From assembly GCA_001179505.1 (NCBI GenBank), contig CDMY01000517.1:1-60537 (forward strand): a stretch of DNA of 60,537 bases, read 5' to 3'. The notes beneath the pieces were generated by a model. That model saw nothing but the letters and a program-made list of their open reading frames with translations. It made no database searches and had not been told where the DNA came from. The stretch is from Vitrella brassicaformis CCMP3155. Its lineage: Eukaryota > Protista > Chromerida. Of this stretch, positions 22,439 to 39,288 are shown piece by piece; the stretch's first letter is position 1, and each line of letters starts with the position of its first letter. The position numbers and the translations under genes are program-made.

Positions 22439-25295
22439 ATGGGCTCAAATCCCTTTGCGACGAACGGCCAGCCCTCCTGGCTGCAGAACATCCTCTCGAA
22501 GGTCGGCTTGCCGTCCACAACATTCGGCCACGACCCGCCACAGGCAGCCGAGGAGCCTCCAGCTGCGGCTGTCCGAGGCCGCAAGTATGGCGCCGGGATG
22601 TTTCATTCTGTTGGCCATGGCGCGGTGATGGAGTACCAGCAAGATCAGAGGGAGGGGGGGTTTTCACCGGCTGCATCAGCGGCATTGGTTGCGCGGCCTT
22701 TTGGAGCTTACCATGACGCTGAATCGGCGAGCGAGAGCATCCAGCAGGTACAGTCAGTACGTGTCGGTCGATATGACATGCGCTTGATGCACTCACTGTC
22801 TGCTTCGTGTCGTCCATCGTCCATCTGATCTGGGTACGTAATGTGTGTGGGTTTGTTGGGTGGTGTGCATCATCGTCCACAGGCGGAGCAGTCCCTCGCC
22901 GCGTTTTACCCCCGGGCGACGGCCAACCCGTCGACCACTATCATGGAGGATGGCTCCTCGGCCGGCACAGAGGGGCACCGGGCACTCATGGAGGGAGGCG
23001 GCAGCCCAACCTCGCCCACACAGGTGGGTAGGGTAGGGCCACAGACAGACAGCACACCGCAGACAATCAATGGATGGATGGATGGATGTGTGTGTGTGTA
23101 GGTGAATCCTGAGGTGGCTCGTCGTCGGCTGCTGGCGGACCGGACGGAGCGGACAGAGGCGATGCGCACCTTAGCTAAGCGCGTCAGCGACACCGCACTG
23201 GCGCACTCGTCCGTCAGAGACTCCATTCACAAGGCCGCCACAAACCTAAAGAAACAGGTTGGTGGGCGGGCGGGCGGGTGAATGCAGGACTGCACACACC
23301 CACACACACACAGGCAGCCAGACAGACAGATGATCCGCTCTCTCATCTGTGTGTGTCCTACAGTTGGACGACAAGACGGTCGAGCTGGATGCCCTGGAGC
23401 GAGAGAAGAAGATGCTGGTGGTGCGCCACACGGGCACCCTGCAGCAGCTCGAGAACGCCCGGGCGAGACTGCGCGGCGTCGAGGCCACCGCAGAGGCCTC
23501 ACAGTGGACAAACCTCTTCAAAGAGGTAGGTACCTACCGTAGGCAGACAAGGACCACACCAGGTGAGCCCCCCTTCTCTGTCTGTCTGTCTGTCTCAGAG
23601 CACGGCCTCATCCCACCCAGATCTGGAGCGGCTGCAGCAGCAGCTGAGCGTCAAGCAGGAGGAGCACCAGCTGCTCACCTCCCATCTACAGGAGCAGGCC
23701 AGGCGCGTCACCCGACTCACCCAGCAGATAGTCGCCTCACAGGAGTGCGGCGAGCGGCTCTCACGCGTCATCGAGCTGCAGAACGCCTTTCTCGGCCGGA
23801 GGGAGGGGGAGGGGCCCCGGGTGCTCGGCGAGCTGAGAGAGATGGGGGAGAGGCTCGACCGGGAGCAACAGGCGCTCCAGGCAGAGATGGACGCTGTGCC
23901 GCCTGGTGGGCGTGAGGCGAGATCTGATGGGAGGGAGATTGGGGTGTACATGGCATGGTGGGTGATATCTGTGTGTACGCGTGTGTGTTGTGTTGTGTGG
24001 TCGGTTGCATTGCAGATGTGGTGGAGGCGGCCCGGCATCGCGAGCGTGTGTCGGAGGATATGGGCCGGCTGGAGGCCGAGTACGCTGCGCTGTCGGCGCA
24101 GCTCACTTCCATAGAGGAACAGATCGGCGCACTCAACAGGTCAGTCACAGGACGACAGACAGACACGCGCCCTCCCTCCCTCCCTCCCTCCCTCGCTCAT
24201 TTCATGTCATGTGTGTGTGTGTGTGTGCGTCTGTCTGCAGGCTGTTGTCGCAGAAGGAGGCGCAGCTGAGCCAGTCGCAAGAGAGCCTCCGCACCGTGCA
24301 GGGCATCTCCGCCGCCCAGGCCAAACAGATCCACACCCTCAAAGGACAAATCGACACACACGTAAGTCAAGTACCCCCACAAATCACAGACCACCCCTCC
24401 CTCCCTCCCTCCCTCCATCCATCCATCCACACCGCCTTCCTTCGTGTGCCCTGCCCTGTGTGTGTCTGCAGCTGATAGACAAGCGCACGTCGGTGTCGGA
24501 GGAGGCCTTGCAGGTGGTCCGCATGGACACCGACATGCAGACGGCCCTCGAGGCCGTCCCCTCGCGCATAGGGCGGGACCTGCGCGTGCCATTCGTGTGT
24601 CTGGCGTCGATGCGCGGCTACAAGTTCGGGAGCAGGACGGTGCAGCTGCGGCTCGCACAGGGCGGCAAGGCTCTCATGGTGCACTACGGCAAAGGTATGT
24701 GGGAGGGAGGGAGGCCCTGCCCTGGGTGCGATAAATGCATTGTGTGGTGGGCATGTGTGTCTGCCTTGCAGGTCATGTGTTGCCAATCGAGGAGTTCCTC
24801 GACAAATTCGAAGACGAGGAGCTCGCCAAGGAGCGGGACAAGCACAACTTCGCATCTCTCTCCTCCCCAACATCAGCACCAGCTATACCAGTACCAGCAG
24901 CAGCAGCAGCGGCACCCGGAGCACCCTCCATGCCGGGCCTCCCCTCCCTCTCCCCCCCTCTCGCACTGCCGCCCATCCCCGACGACCAGCCCGCACCGAT
25001 GGAGCCCTCCCCATCGGATTTCCTCTCCAACGGCACCGCCCTCTCCCTCTCCCTCTCAGCCCACAGGCAACGAGGAGGAGGAGGCTATGGGTCTGGTGGT
25101 GGACACGGTGGACAGGTGCCCCTTGGGTCGGTCACCACACGCAGCACCGACCGAGGTGCCCTGGGCGAAGGCGGCGTCCACGCGTTATCTCGTGGCGGGC
25201 TTCCTCGTGTGAGTGAGCAGGGAGGCGGGAGTGGTGGTGGCGGTGGCGGTGTGGCGGGGTGGACGAAGCTGTTTAAGCCCAATTGGTCGAGATGA
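22439..25295 (+). CDS. Long coiled-coil protein with a C-terminal GAR/Gas2-like domain (about 9 exons)
   Basis: Heptad-rich exons (LERLQQQLSVKQEEHQLL, LEAEYAALSAQLTSIEEQ), then GYKFGSRTVQLRLAQGGKALMVHYGK/GHVLPIEEFLDKF. Confidence 0.7.
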
Positions 25296-25977
25296 GAGGG
25301 TGTGTGGGCGGTTTTGCTTTGTCGTTCGGTCTTGTGTGAGTAGTGGACAGAGAGGCATTGGACGATTGGTTGACAGATGGATGGATCGATGGATGGGTGG
25401 GTGGGTGGGTGGAGGACTTGACGAATTGAATGGCCGGCCGGCCGGCTGGCTTGGTGCATCGAGACTCGCGATGACATTCAAAGATAGATAAGGACGTGCA
25501 GCCACACGAACACACACAACAGACACACACAGAGGTACGGCGATTCAACACTCACACAATCCATCCATCCAGCCCTGTCTGTCTGCAGCATGCGAGCATC
25601 GCTCACAGCCCCCCAATCCGCCCGCCCCAGGAAGGCCATTAAAACACCACACACCACTCATGTCATCTCATCTGAGGGGGCCGGGTTCTTGACACTCCAT
25701 TCATCCATCCATCCATCCATCCACTCATCCGAGGGAGGACATGTAGTAGGCTAACGAGTAGGAAGAAGGTGAGAGTCCTCGTGAACTCACTTCACCTACC
25801 ATACCAAGAGGGCTTAAACCGCATTCATGTTTCTCTCTAGAGCTGTACAGGCAGTGCACCGACAGACAAGACAAGACAGACGAGCAGCCCCGGTTTGATT
25901 TGGTTTGGTTGGTGGAAAAAATCTCAAAGACAAAGCATAGCATCCAACCACCCGTCTCATCCCATCATGATATTCAA

Positions 25978-26302
25978 TCAGTAGTCGTCATCGAGGAACA
26001 TGTCGTCATCTTCCATTCTGTCTCGCCGACCGCCCCCGCCACCACGGCCCCCCTCCCTGCACACAGACACACATCAACACATCAACACACACGGCACAGA
26101 GACCCACAGCCGCGATGGATGGCTCTTGTGTGTTTGCTGTTGAGGGAGGGGAGGGGAGGGGGGGGGGGTGTTCAGGTCAGCTGCTTAGCTTACTCTCCGG
26201 GTGGCTTCATCGACAGCGAGAGTTTCCTGCCGTCCTTGTTGGTGACGCGGACCTGCACCTCCTCGCCCTCACTCAGGTGGTCGCTAACGTTCTCAACAAA
26301 AT

Positions 26303-26333
<31 letters not shown>

Positions 26334-28461
26334 ACACAGACGGCGTATGTGCGTGTGTGTGTGTGTGTGTCTTCGGGGTGCGGTTTGTTTGATGCTCCCC
26401 GCTAGCTCCCCCCTGCACCACCTCACTCGGAAATCTGTGAGACGTGCAGGAGTCCCCTGATGCCGGGTGCCAGGCTGACGAAGGCCCCATAGGGCGCCGT
26501 CCCCTCGACCGTCCCCGTCAGCCACGTCTCGCTGTTTGGCACATTCGCCGCATACCACTGATAGATGGAACAGAGAATAGGGCGTGTCGTGGTTCTGTGT
26601 GAGGTGTTGGGTTGGCGAGCGTACTGTTGTTTGAGGTACCTACCTCATCGACCCCTTCGTTGAAGTCCCTGGGTTCTCTCCTGGCCGGCTCGCGACGTGC
26701 GGGCTCCTCGCCGGGCTTGAGCATTGTCAGCGCCACCTGCACACACATACACACACACATAGACACACACACACATACCAAAAGATCAGATCCAGACGAC
26801 CACCGCAATATCGTCAGTCAAAGTCCGCTTACACCCCACCTCACCCCACCACCCCGCACCTGCTGCTTGTCAAAGTCGATCTTGACGATTCGGACATCGA
26901 CGTCCTGCCCGACCGTCACGACATCATTGACGTTGCCGACGAACTCCTGACACACATCAAATTACATCAAATCAACACACCACACATCGGTGGTTGGTGG
27001 GCAGGGCAGGGCAGGGTGTTGTGATGGTGTCGTGATGGTGTTGTGTTGTCTGACGCGACGCGACGCACCGGGGCGAGCTGTGAGATGTGCACGAGCCCGT
27101 CCACGCCGGGAGCGAGGTTGACGAAGGCGCCGAACGGGGCGAGAGACACGACAGTCCCTGAGGGAACCACACAAAGGACAGTCAGGAAGACACAACCTCA
27201 GCTTGTTTGTCGGGGGGGACGGGTCGGGGGGGGGGGGCTGTTGCTGCCTGACCCTTGAACCACGTCTCGGGAGGGTATGCGTCGAATGTCTTGAGGTCAG
27301 CCGACTCGGTGAGCATGCTGAGAGCGATGCGCTGGCGGTCCTCCTCGACACTCAGGACCTTCACCCTCACCTGGTTGACCACACACACACACACACATAC
27401 ATGTGTGTGTGTCTTAAGCTATCAGGTCAGCCACACACATGACATCACGTCACATCCCATCACACAGCTTACATGGTCGCCCTCCTTGACAACGTCGCGG
27501 GGGTCTGCGACGTAGTGGTCGGCCAACTGCGACACGTGAATCAGACCGTTGCGCACAGCACTGGGGGAGTGTGGCACAGCCAACACAAACACAGACACAG
27601 ACACAGACACAGCCACCAAGACAGTGAATGAGGCCCATCGTATCGTCCGCTAGCTACGCCTGTCGTGTGTTGTGTGTCGTAGGCCCACAAAGACAATACA
27701 TACCCGATGTCGACGAACGCACCGTACTGGGCGATGTTGACCACGATGCCGTCCACAAGGTCACCTGAAAGAAACGCCACAGACAGACAGACAGACAGAC
27801 AGGTCGGTCGAGAGTCCGCCAGAGTGGGTGTGTCATCAAGTCACACACATCCTCACCGGGTTTGAAAGCCGAGAAAGGCTTCCTCTGCTCAAACACCGGC
27901 GACTCGGTGGGCTCTGTCGTCGACTCCCCCTTGTCGCCCTCGCCCTCCACCCCCACCTCTGCCTTGTCCTCCACGGCAACGGACTCTGCCACTGCCGCTG
28001 CTGTTTCCTCTTTTGGCACATCGGACACTTCATTCCCAGGCGCCTCAGACACACTGACGACAGACAGCACACGTGACTGCCATCAGATCTGATCTGTGAT
28101 ATGTGTGTGATCTTACGCAGTGGGTGTGGTGCCGAGCTCTGCAGTCGACAGGACGACCACGGCGCGCCTCAGCCGTCGTGGTGGCTGTCTGTGTGGGTGA
28201 GAGCGGGATCCGACAGCCAGCTCCAGCCCGCCCAGAAAGCCCTCCGCCGCCAGCAGCAGCGCTCTCGCCTCATCGTCGGCATCGATCTGGAAACCTGCAA
28301 CGTCCGCAGCAACGTGACATGACAAAGGCAGGCAGGCAGCACAGATCCATCACCCACCCACATGAAGCAGATGCGGCAGCTGGAGTCATGCATCTGATCT
28401 TACCGAGGGATATGAGGGGCAGCAGGGCGACTGAGCAGATGACCGCTGACAGCTTCATCAT
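25978..28461 (-). CDS. rps1: Plastid-targeted protein with three S1 RNA-binding domains (30S ribosomal protein S1-like)
   Basis: Three GxV....YGAFV..G..GLxHxSQ motifs; leader [22 protein letters not shown] followed by an Arg-rich transit-like segment; many introns. Confidence 0.75.
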
Positions 28462-28519
28462 GGCTAAACTCAGAATCCTTCTCGTCTGCCTTAGCGAGCT
28501 CCAGCGCGCGACGATTTTC

Positions 28520-28527
28520 AGCTCGCA
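28520..28527 (+). promoter_or_regulatory. AGCTCGCA motif in the S1-protein/small-gene divergent spacer
   Basis: Exact match in a 235-bp spacer. Confidence 0.55.
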
Positions 28528-28696
28528 AAGGGGACAGGAGTTGTCTCAGCTTTTTTCGGACTGCTGTCGACGGCAACACACTCGTCTGCTTGGTTCCTGG
28601 CGTCGAAGGCAGCTTCCTTTCGCTTCTCCTGACAACCTTTCACATCTGAGGTTCTGGCCGCCTCCCTTGCTTGCTTGTGAGCGTCCGTCCGCGGAG

Positions 28697-29251
28697 ATGA
28701 ACCCGCTTCACCGGTTCCTCTCGCGGGCCTCGATGCAGGTCCTCGAGCACCACATCAAGGAGTGGCTTGTGGTATGTTAAGCAGACGACTCGGAGGGGGT
28801 GTCTACCTGCCTGCCTGTCTTCTCTTCCCGTGTCGATGAGAGAGATGAGCAGACGTGTGTTGTGCTGTCTGTGTGATTTGGTTGGTGGTCAGAACAACCC
28901 GGCGTTTCAGCGGTTTGCCGTGACGACGTCAAGGCAAGCCGATGAGATGATCAGGAAAGCGGCAGAGATGTCGGCGCAGCAGATGAAGGTACGCCGCTCA
29001 AGCAAGCACACACGCGCCCCCTCACACACACACACAAATCAGTCCTCCGTGTCGGTCTGTCTGTCTGTGTTGTGTTTGTACGTCCGTGTGGTGTGTGTCA
29101 GAACAACCCTCACTGGCAGAACATGCATCACAACCAGAACATGTCCCCCTTTTCCCGCCCGTCGTTCGCCCCGCCCTCCATGAACCCCAACCAGAATAAT
29201 GTCATGTCGATGATCTCACAGCTCTTCAACACACAGCAACCAAGGCGGTAG
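28697..29251 (+). CDS. Small (~110 aa) 3-exon protein with an amphipathic N-terminal helix and an N/Q/M/P-rich tail
   Basis: MNPLHRFLSRASMQVLEHHIKEWLV/NNPAFQRFAVTTSRQADEMIRKAAEMSAQQMK/NNPHWQNM...; phase-0 GT-AG introns. Confidence 0.6.
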
Positions 29252-29935
29252 ACGGACAGACCAATCCCACCGCTGCGATGGAGTGTTTTGGCTGACGACC
29301 GTTGGTTGGGCTGAGTGAGTGAGTGAGTGAGTGGGCGGTTTGTACAGAGCCGTGTTGTGTGTATCTCTCTGTGTGTAAGCATGTGCACGTGAGCGAGAGA
29401 GAGAGAGAGAGAGAATCACAGCTGTGACGTGTTGTACCATGCCATGATGGCCATTGTGTGCTGGGCGGGCCGGCGGGGTGGGTACGGTGTGGTGTGGTGG
29501 TAACGAACCACTCGAAGAGTGACTGACCGACTGGGCAGAGGGGTGGGCGAGTGAGCGACGCCCTTCCGCCACTCGCTCGCTGCTGCGAGTCGCAGCCGCC
29601 GTCCGTTTTGTTCCTGCATGCTGCGATGGACCGTCTTGTGCACAGGCAGACACAGCACCCCGTCTGTGTGCCCGTCTGTGTGCCTGTCTGTCTGTCTGTC
29701 TGTCTGTTTGTCGAGAGAAGCCGGAGCGCAGTGTTCTGACTGGCTGGTTGGTTGGTGGTGCATTTGACGCATGGCAGAGAAAGAACCCAGACTGACTGAT
29801 TCGCGCCGCTGTGTTCCTCAAGTTGTTTGACGCCCATCTTTGTACGGGGCTGTGCGCCTCGGAACGATTCCCTCCGAGGAGTGTTTACGGGCGGGGTGAG
29901 AACCAAATTCGATGTAGCGAGTGTTTCAGCCCAGA

Positions 29936-31293
29936 ATGCGTTCCCGCCTGACGTCGTCTGATCTCGGCGGCACCCCCGAGCGTCGGTCCCGCTCCCGGGA
30001 GCGACCCGCCGACCCCAAGACCAAGATGGACCACGACCGGCCTGAAAAGAGCGACGACGAGAGCGACGAGGGCATCGACGGCATCGACGCCATGGAGGGC
30101 GGTGGGGAGGGCGACGAGAGCATGCCCTTCCTGCCCATCCCCAGCGACCTGAGGCCCGACGTCGTGTCGTCGTCGGGCGATAATGGATTTGGCAGTATTA
30201 GCTACGGTGACGGCGAGGAGGAGTCCGATTCGCCTGAGAAGCGTGCATTCAGAGTGTTGGCGCAGTACTCGCCTCCTGACACGGGTACGTGTTGACGGAC
30301 GGATGGCTGGATGCTCCCCTCCCACGACCAAACGTCTTGTCACTTGGTGTGTGTGGTGTGGTGTGGTGTGCTGTGGTGTGTTGTGGTGTGTGTTCAGAGG
30401 ACCGCACGGATAAGCGGAGCAGTTTCGGCGGTACGCAGTCGCCCCAGGGCGGCACGCCGCAGCCGCCCATGACGCCATCGCACCTGCTCTACCTGCACCA
30501 GACCTACCCCTACACCACCACCAGCCAGGGGTCCATCTCCTACGAGGGCGCCATCACGCCCCCCAACAACCGCAGCGGACAGGTCTCGCCCAAGCGAGAG
30601 CACGGTGGCGGTGCCAATGACACTGCTGTCAACAACAAAACCACTACCAATGGGGGCGGTGCTGGTGGCGGGGGTGGTGGTGGTGGGCGGCTGAGCGCGG
30701 CGTCGATCATCGTGAGCAACCGTGAGGACGAGCTGTTCCGCGAGCCGTCGGACGAGGGCGTGCAGAAGCTGATAGAGATGATTGGTGCGGGGGAGGGGGA
30801 GGGGGAGGAGGGGATGGGCGAGGAGGCCAAGACGGTCGTGCGGCTGCGCAAGGGGTGTGTCCACACCAGAAGCACCTCGGTCAACACCGCAGGGGATGTC
30901 ATGGACGAGCACTCCCAGCAGCAGCAGCAGCAGCCGCCGGCCACGGTGACGCGCCTATTGCCGCCATTCCCCCTTGCATACACACCGCCCACACACACAT
31001 ATGGCCAAGCCGACGACGAGAACACCATCACCAAGCAGCAGCAGGAGGGCGGCCAGGAGCAGGAGCACGACAGCCAGAACCAGACGGCGGGAGCGGGAGG
31101 GCCGGCACGGACCTGGCTGGGGGCGCTGCTGATGCACCTGTGTCGCAGCGTGCAGCTGGGGGTGCTGCTGCTGGTGATCCTGCTGCTGTGTTTTGTGCTG
31201 TTCGTGTGCTACCTGCTGTGGCTGGACAGGCAGGCCGAGAAGAGGGGCGTTGTGGGAGGGCTGGGCAAGCCCGTGCGGCCCTACTACATGTAG
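29936..31293 (+). CDS. Disordered acidic/Gly/Gln-rich protein with one C-terminal transmembrane helix (tail-anchored type)
   Basis: Phase-1 intron ~30287-30397; TM segment VQLGVLLLVILLLCFVLFVCYLLWL about 20 aa from the C-terminus; no signal peptide. Confidence 0.65.
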
Positions 31294-32256
31294 CATACAT
31301 AGCAAGGTGGGAGATGGATGGATGCCTATCGGATGGGATGGATGTGGCTGGCCCATCTCTGAGGGTCTGAGGGGGTGTGTGTGGGTGTGCATCGGTCTGT
31401 CTGTGTGGGTGGCTGTCTGTCTGTGTGAGTGCGAGACGGGTGCTTTGTACAGCTAGAGAGAGAGTTGTCTGTCTGTCTGTCTGAAGGTGTCTGCGCGACT
31501 GTGTGTGTGTGTGTGTGTGCGGGGGAGGGGGGAGGGGGGAGGGGAGGGCGTGTGTGTGTGTGTGTGAATAGCGGATGTCTATCGTACCTATTGGCCTGTC
31601 TGCCTCCCTGCCTGTCCAGTGCCGTCCCATCTCACTCGCGCCGTCCAAGGGACCTACTCAATGACCTTAGTTGCCAGCCCCGGTGTGTGTGAGTATTGTG
31701 TCGAGGAGGTCTCCTTCACCTACGGAGTTCTGTGCCGAGCAGCACGGGCCTCCGTATTGTTGTTCGAGCCTTTCTTGACACGATGCAGTACACACACCAA
31801 CAGCAGCAACAGGAAGGGAAGAACTAGTCAAAATGAGCGGCACAGACAGACACACACCTTTGTTTGGATGACTTGGCTTGGATGGGAGAGTGCCATGGAG
31901 TGTGGATGCGTGTTGACTTCAAAACTGCCCGCCCGCCCGTGTCAGTCAAAGTCAAGAGGTACACACAAGACAGCATCGCCTATGAGAGTCCTCACTGGCT
32001 CAAACCAATCAACCAATCACTCACTCGATGTCCCATCGCCCAAGACACTCATGCACACACACACACACATACACACACATACACGTGTCTTTCCTTCCCC
32101 TCCTCTCTCCTGGCCGGTGGGGGCAGCGCGCCGACAGATAGTTGATCGGGGAACTGAGTGTCTGACGGTGCTCACGGTGTCACCGAGCACCGGCCATACC
32201 ATCAGCTCTCCAATCTCATGGCAGTGCGCCGCATAAACCATTGGGCATCACTCACT

Positions 32257-35906
<3,650 letters not shown>

Positions 35907-35991
35907 CAGTGGAAGATCTGATGAACACAGCGCCTCTTCGGGGTCAGAAGAGGCCGCAAACACCCGGGGAGAGCCACTGGTTTGCAAGCTC

Positions 35992-35999
35992 AGCTCGCA
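35992..35999 (+). promoter_or_regulatory. AGCTCGCA motif in the helicase/family-B divergent spacer
   Basis: Exact match in a ~265-bp spacer. Confidence 0.55.
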
Positions 36000-36172
36000 G
36001 ATCTCCGCGCCTTTTCCGAAAGCTCAAACAGAGGGTGATTTGCTTCCTTGGGCTAGATCGGTAGGTCGGCTGCCATCCACAAGACAAGCAATTCATTCAC
36101 ACACATCATTCACAGCGGCTGTGTGTGTTTGGCGTCATTCCTTGTCTGTCTTCAGATCTCAGTCACTGCGTC

Positions 36173-37518
36173 ATGTCAGTCATCAGCAGCAGGAGCAGCG
36201 ACCTGGACTCGCCCGTCGTCAACGGCGAGGCGGTCCGCTGCATCTTCCGCGACCGGCGAGTTCGGCTGCTCAAGGTCAAGGACGTCGGCAGCCTCAGAAT
36301 GGCGGCCCGCCACCACAGCCTCGTCGACTTCCCTCCCACCGCACTCCGCACCCGACTCGCCCACTCGCTGCATCTCATTCGGCTCGCTGACGGCTCACGG
36401 CTCGACACAGTGCTGGCCTTCGACGCCCAGACGGTGTCTGAGCCATGGGTGCTGCTGGCGGCCGTGTGGCTGGTGGAGGAGCAGACGTGGGACGAGATTG
36501 CCGACATACTGCGGGTGGCGGCGCAGTGCGGCCGGTGCACCCTGCCAGTGCGGCTGACTGCTGACGACATCACCAGACACGCCAACAAGACGGTGAGACG
36601 CACACACAGGGGCGGGAGGGAAAGAGAGGGCCTCATTCATTCTTCTCTCTCTGTGTGTGTGGTCGTGTAGGCGTATGCGTTGTTTCCGCGTGTGCTGGCT
36701 CAGCTCAAGATGGTCGGCCCCCACATCGACTTCGGCGACGGCGTAAGTTTCCAGGTGTTCCAGCACGGCACCACACTGCGGGCCGTCAAGAACGAAGACG
36801 GCTACGAGATCGACATCGACCCGCCTCTCCCTCCCAACCACCTCTACCAGCAGCACCGACAGCAACACGATCCGCCAGTCCGCAGCAGAATCGACTATGA
36901 CCCACCCGTAGGCTGGCGGTCGCTGGGCTCTCTCGACTTCGCATCTGTGTCGTCGTGGGTCAAAAGCGTCGTCATCGACCACTTCACGGAGACTCGCCAG
37001 ATCAACACCACAACCACCCATTCTATCGACAGGTGAGGCGGGGCATCACTCTGTATGGGCATTGTCACGACACATACGAGTGTATGTTGTGTGTGTGTGT
37101 GTATGTGTGTGTGTCAGGCATGTCGACAACAGCCGGCTGCACACCATCGTGACACAGTCCCCCCACACACCAGTGGAGGGATGCACCACCACCAGATCAT
37201 TCCACTCCACTTGGCGTTGTCTCCTGCTGACCAACGCCGGCCACTCGTTCGTCGCATGCATCGCCGTCACGCATTTGCTGCACAACAACGGTCAGCCCAG
37301 CACGGCACAGCGAGGGGGAGGAAATGCGGTGCCACTCTCATGTGCTGTCCACTGCTATCCTCCCCTGTCATTCATTTGCAGTGCGTGTGTAGGTCATGAC
37401 CACCGAGTCGGCTGTGTGTGGTGTGGGCGGTACCTTCAAGGACCGCTTCCCGCAGACCACTCGGCTGGCGCGTGTGGTGCTGGGGGCCGCCATCTCAACC
37501 AGGATTTTCGACCATTAG
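36173..37518 (+). CDS. Family B (F-box-like N-terminus), copy 1; possible nonsense codon in the last exon
   Basis: Exons ~36173-36593, 36671-37032, 37118-37290, 37382-37518; TAG at 37390-37392 where the paralog reads GTG (VLVVVATTE). Confidence 0.6.
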
Positions 37519-37984
37519 ACAGCTGAGGTATGTTTGCACCAACCACGGCTGAGACGAGCAGAAAATGCCCACACACACGACGAACAGAATTGTGTCTATG
37601 CGTCTTCTGTCTTTCCGTGTGTATGCCAGGTCTGGAAGGTGATCGTGTGTGAGGGCGATTGTTTCGAGTCGATGTGATGTGCGTAAGTAATGTCCTGCCT
37701 GAGTGTGGGAATGAGTGAGTGTTATTAATGTGACTGACATTGGCTAGCGATGGTCATTCTTAAGATCAGATCCGTTCGTCCATCTTAGCGTCGATGCAAG
37801 CTACACTTGTGTGTCACTCACAGAGCGCACAGGGGAGGGGAGGCCATGAGGGGAGGGGAGGAGGCAGGCAGCATAGCATGTTTTGTACAGGCGCAAGGCT
37901 AGACTAAGGCAAGAGAAAGGGAAAGAGAGAGAGAGAGAGAGGGAGGGAGACATTTCCGCACCGACAGCACTCATCGCATCTCCT

Positions 37985-38575
37985 GAGTTCGGGTGCGGCT
38001 GGGTGGTGGGTCTTCTCGACTATTCGTGTGTGTCGTCGTTTGTCAAGAGCAGCATCCTCAGCCACTTCATGGGCACTCACCAGATCAACACACCCGACCG
38101 GTATAACACCACTTACCGTCCTATCGACAGGTGAGGCAGGGCATCACTTCGTGGGCATTGTTACGACACACGAGTGTATGTAACGTGTGTGTGTGTGTGT
38201 GTCAGGCATGTTGACAACAGCCGGCTGCACACCCTCATGACACAGTCCCCCCCCACACCAGTGGACGGATGCACCACCACTGCATCAGCCCGCTTCCCTC
38301 GGACCTGACAAGTACAAACCACTCATTCGTCGCATGGATCGCCGTCAAGGATCTCCCCTATAATGACGGTCAGCCCAGCCCGGCACATGTAAAGATACAA
38401 TAGAGTACTCACTCTCATCTACTGTGCTCTCCTGTCATTCGTTTGCAGTGCTTGTTGTGGTCGCGACGACCGAGTTGGCTGTGTCTGGTGCGGGTAGGAC
38501 CGCTTCCCGGAGACCGCTCGGCTGGCGCGTGCGGTGCTGGGGGCTGTCATCTCAGCCGTATTGTTTGGCCAATAA
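37985..38575 (+). pseudogene. 5'-truncated, frameshifted duplicate of the 3' half of family B copy 1
   Basis: SSFVKS..HQIN..IDRHVDNSRLHT..QSP and TTE..DRFP..RLAR exons with near-identical intron starts; frame break near 38300. Confidence 0.75.
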
Positions 38576-39288
38576 ACAGCTGAGGTATGTTTGCACCAAA
38601 CACGACTGAGACGAGCGGGGACGCACGCACTTAGGTGGGTGGTGGACGCCCTTGTCTATCCTCTGTGTGTGTGATGCAGACTTCGATGGCGATGTTGGGT
38701 GCTTCTGCTTGCTCCCTGAGGCCATCTCGCATCATATTGGGCTCTGTCTTCAATCGACATCTCGCTTCGACTCATTCATCAGCTTTCGTTCGTAGGAGAG
38801 AGAAAGAGGTGCTCGCCGCACTCAATTCGCAGGACGGAGAAGCCTTCGCCAAAGCTACACTACTCTCTCACTTACCGCTTCTGTGCTGGAAGGAGTCGGC
38901 GGACCACATGGTCTGTGCGGCAGCTTCTAGAGTGTTTAGTGTTTGTGCGCGAGACTCTCTGTCTCTCTGTTGCGGGCAGTTGTCGGTCTGCCTGTATGCC
39001 TGTATGGGTGTTTATTTCGTGCCTGACTAAGTGCACTCAATCGACCGTCAAACCTGTGGGCCCACCCTTCCGCCAATCTGTACAGCTACCCAGTCAGTCA
39101 TCAATGCACACACGCGCACACACACTGCACAAACTCTACACAGCAATACCACTCAGCTAAGAATGGCCCCACTGCCCGGCTGCTATGAATGACCTACAGC
39201 AGCCGGCCTGACAAGCACCAACAAACGCACACATACAGCGATATGAACACGGCCACAAAATCCGTGTGAATGAGTGGCGTTTCCTCAC

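Noticed and set aside
38635-39030. 131-aa ORF (MLGASACSLRPSR...)
   Set aside because: No recognisable motif or supporting splice structure; it lies between two pseudogenes.
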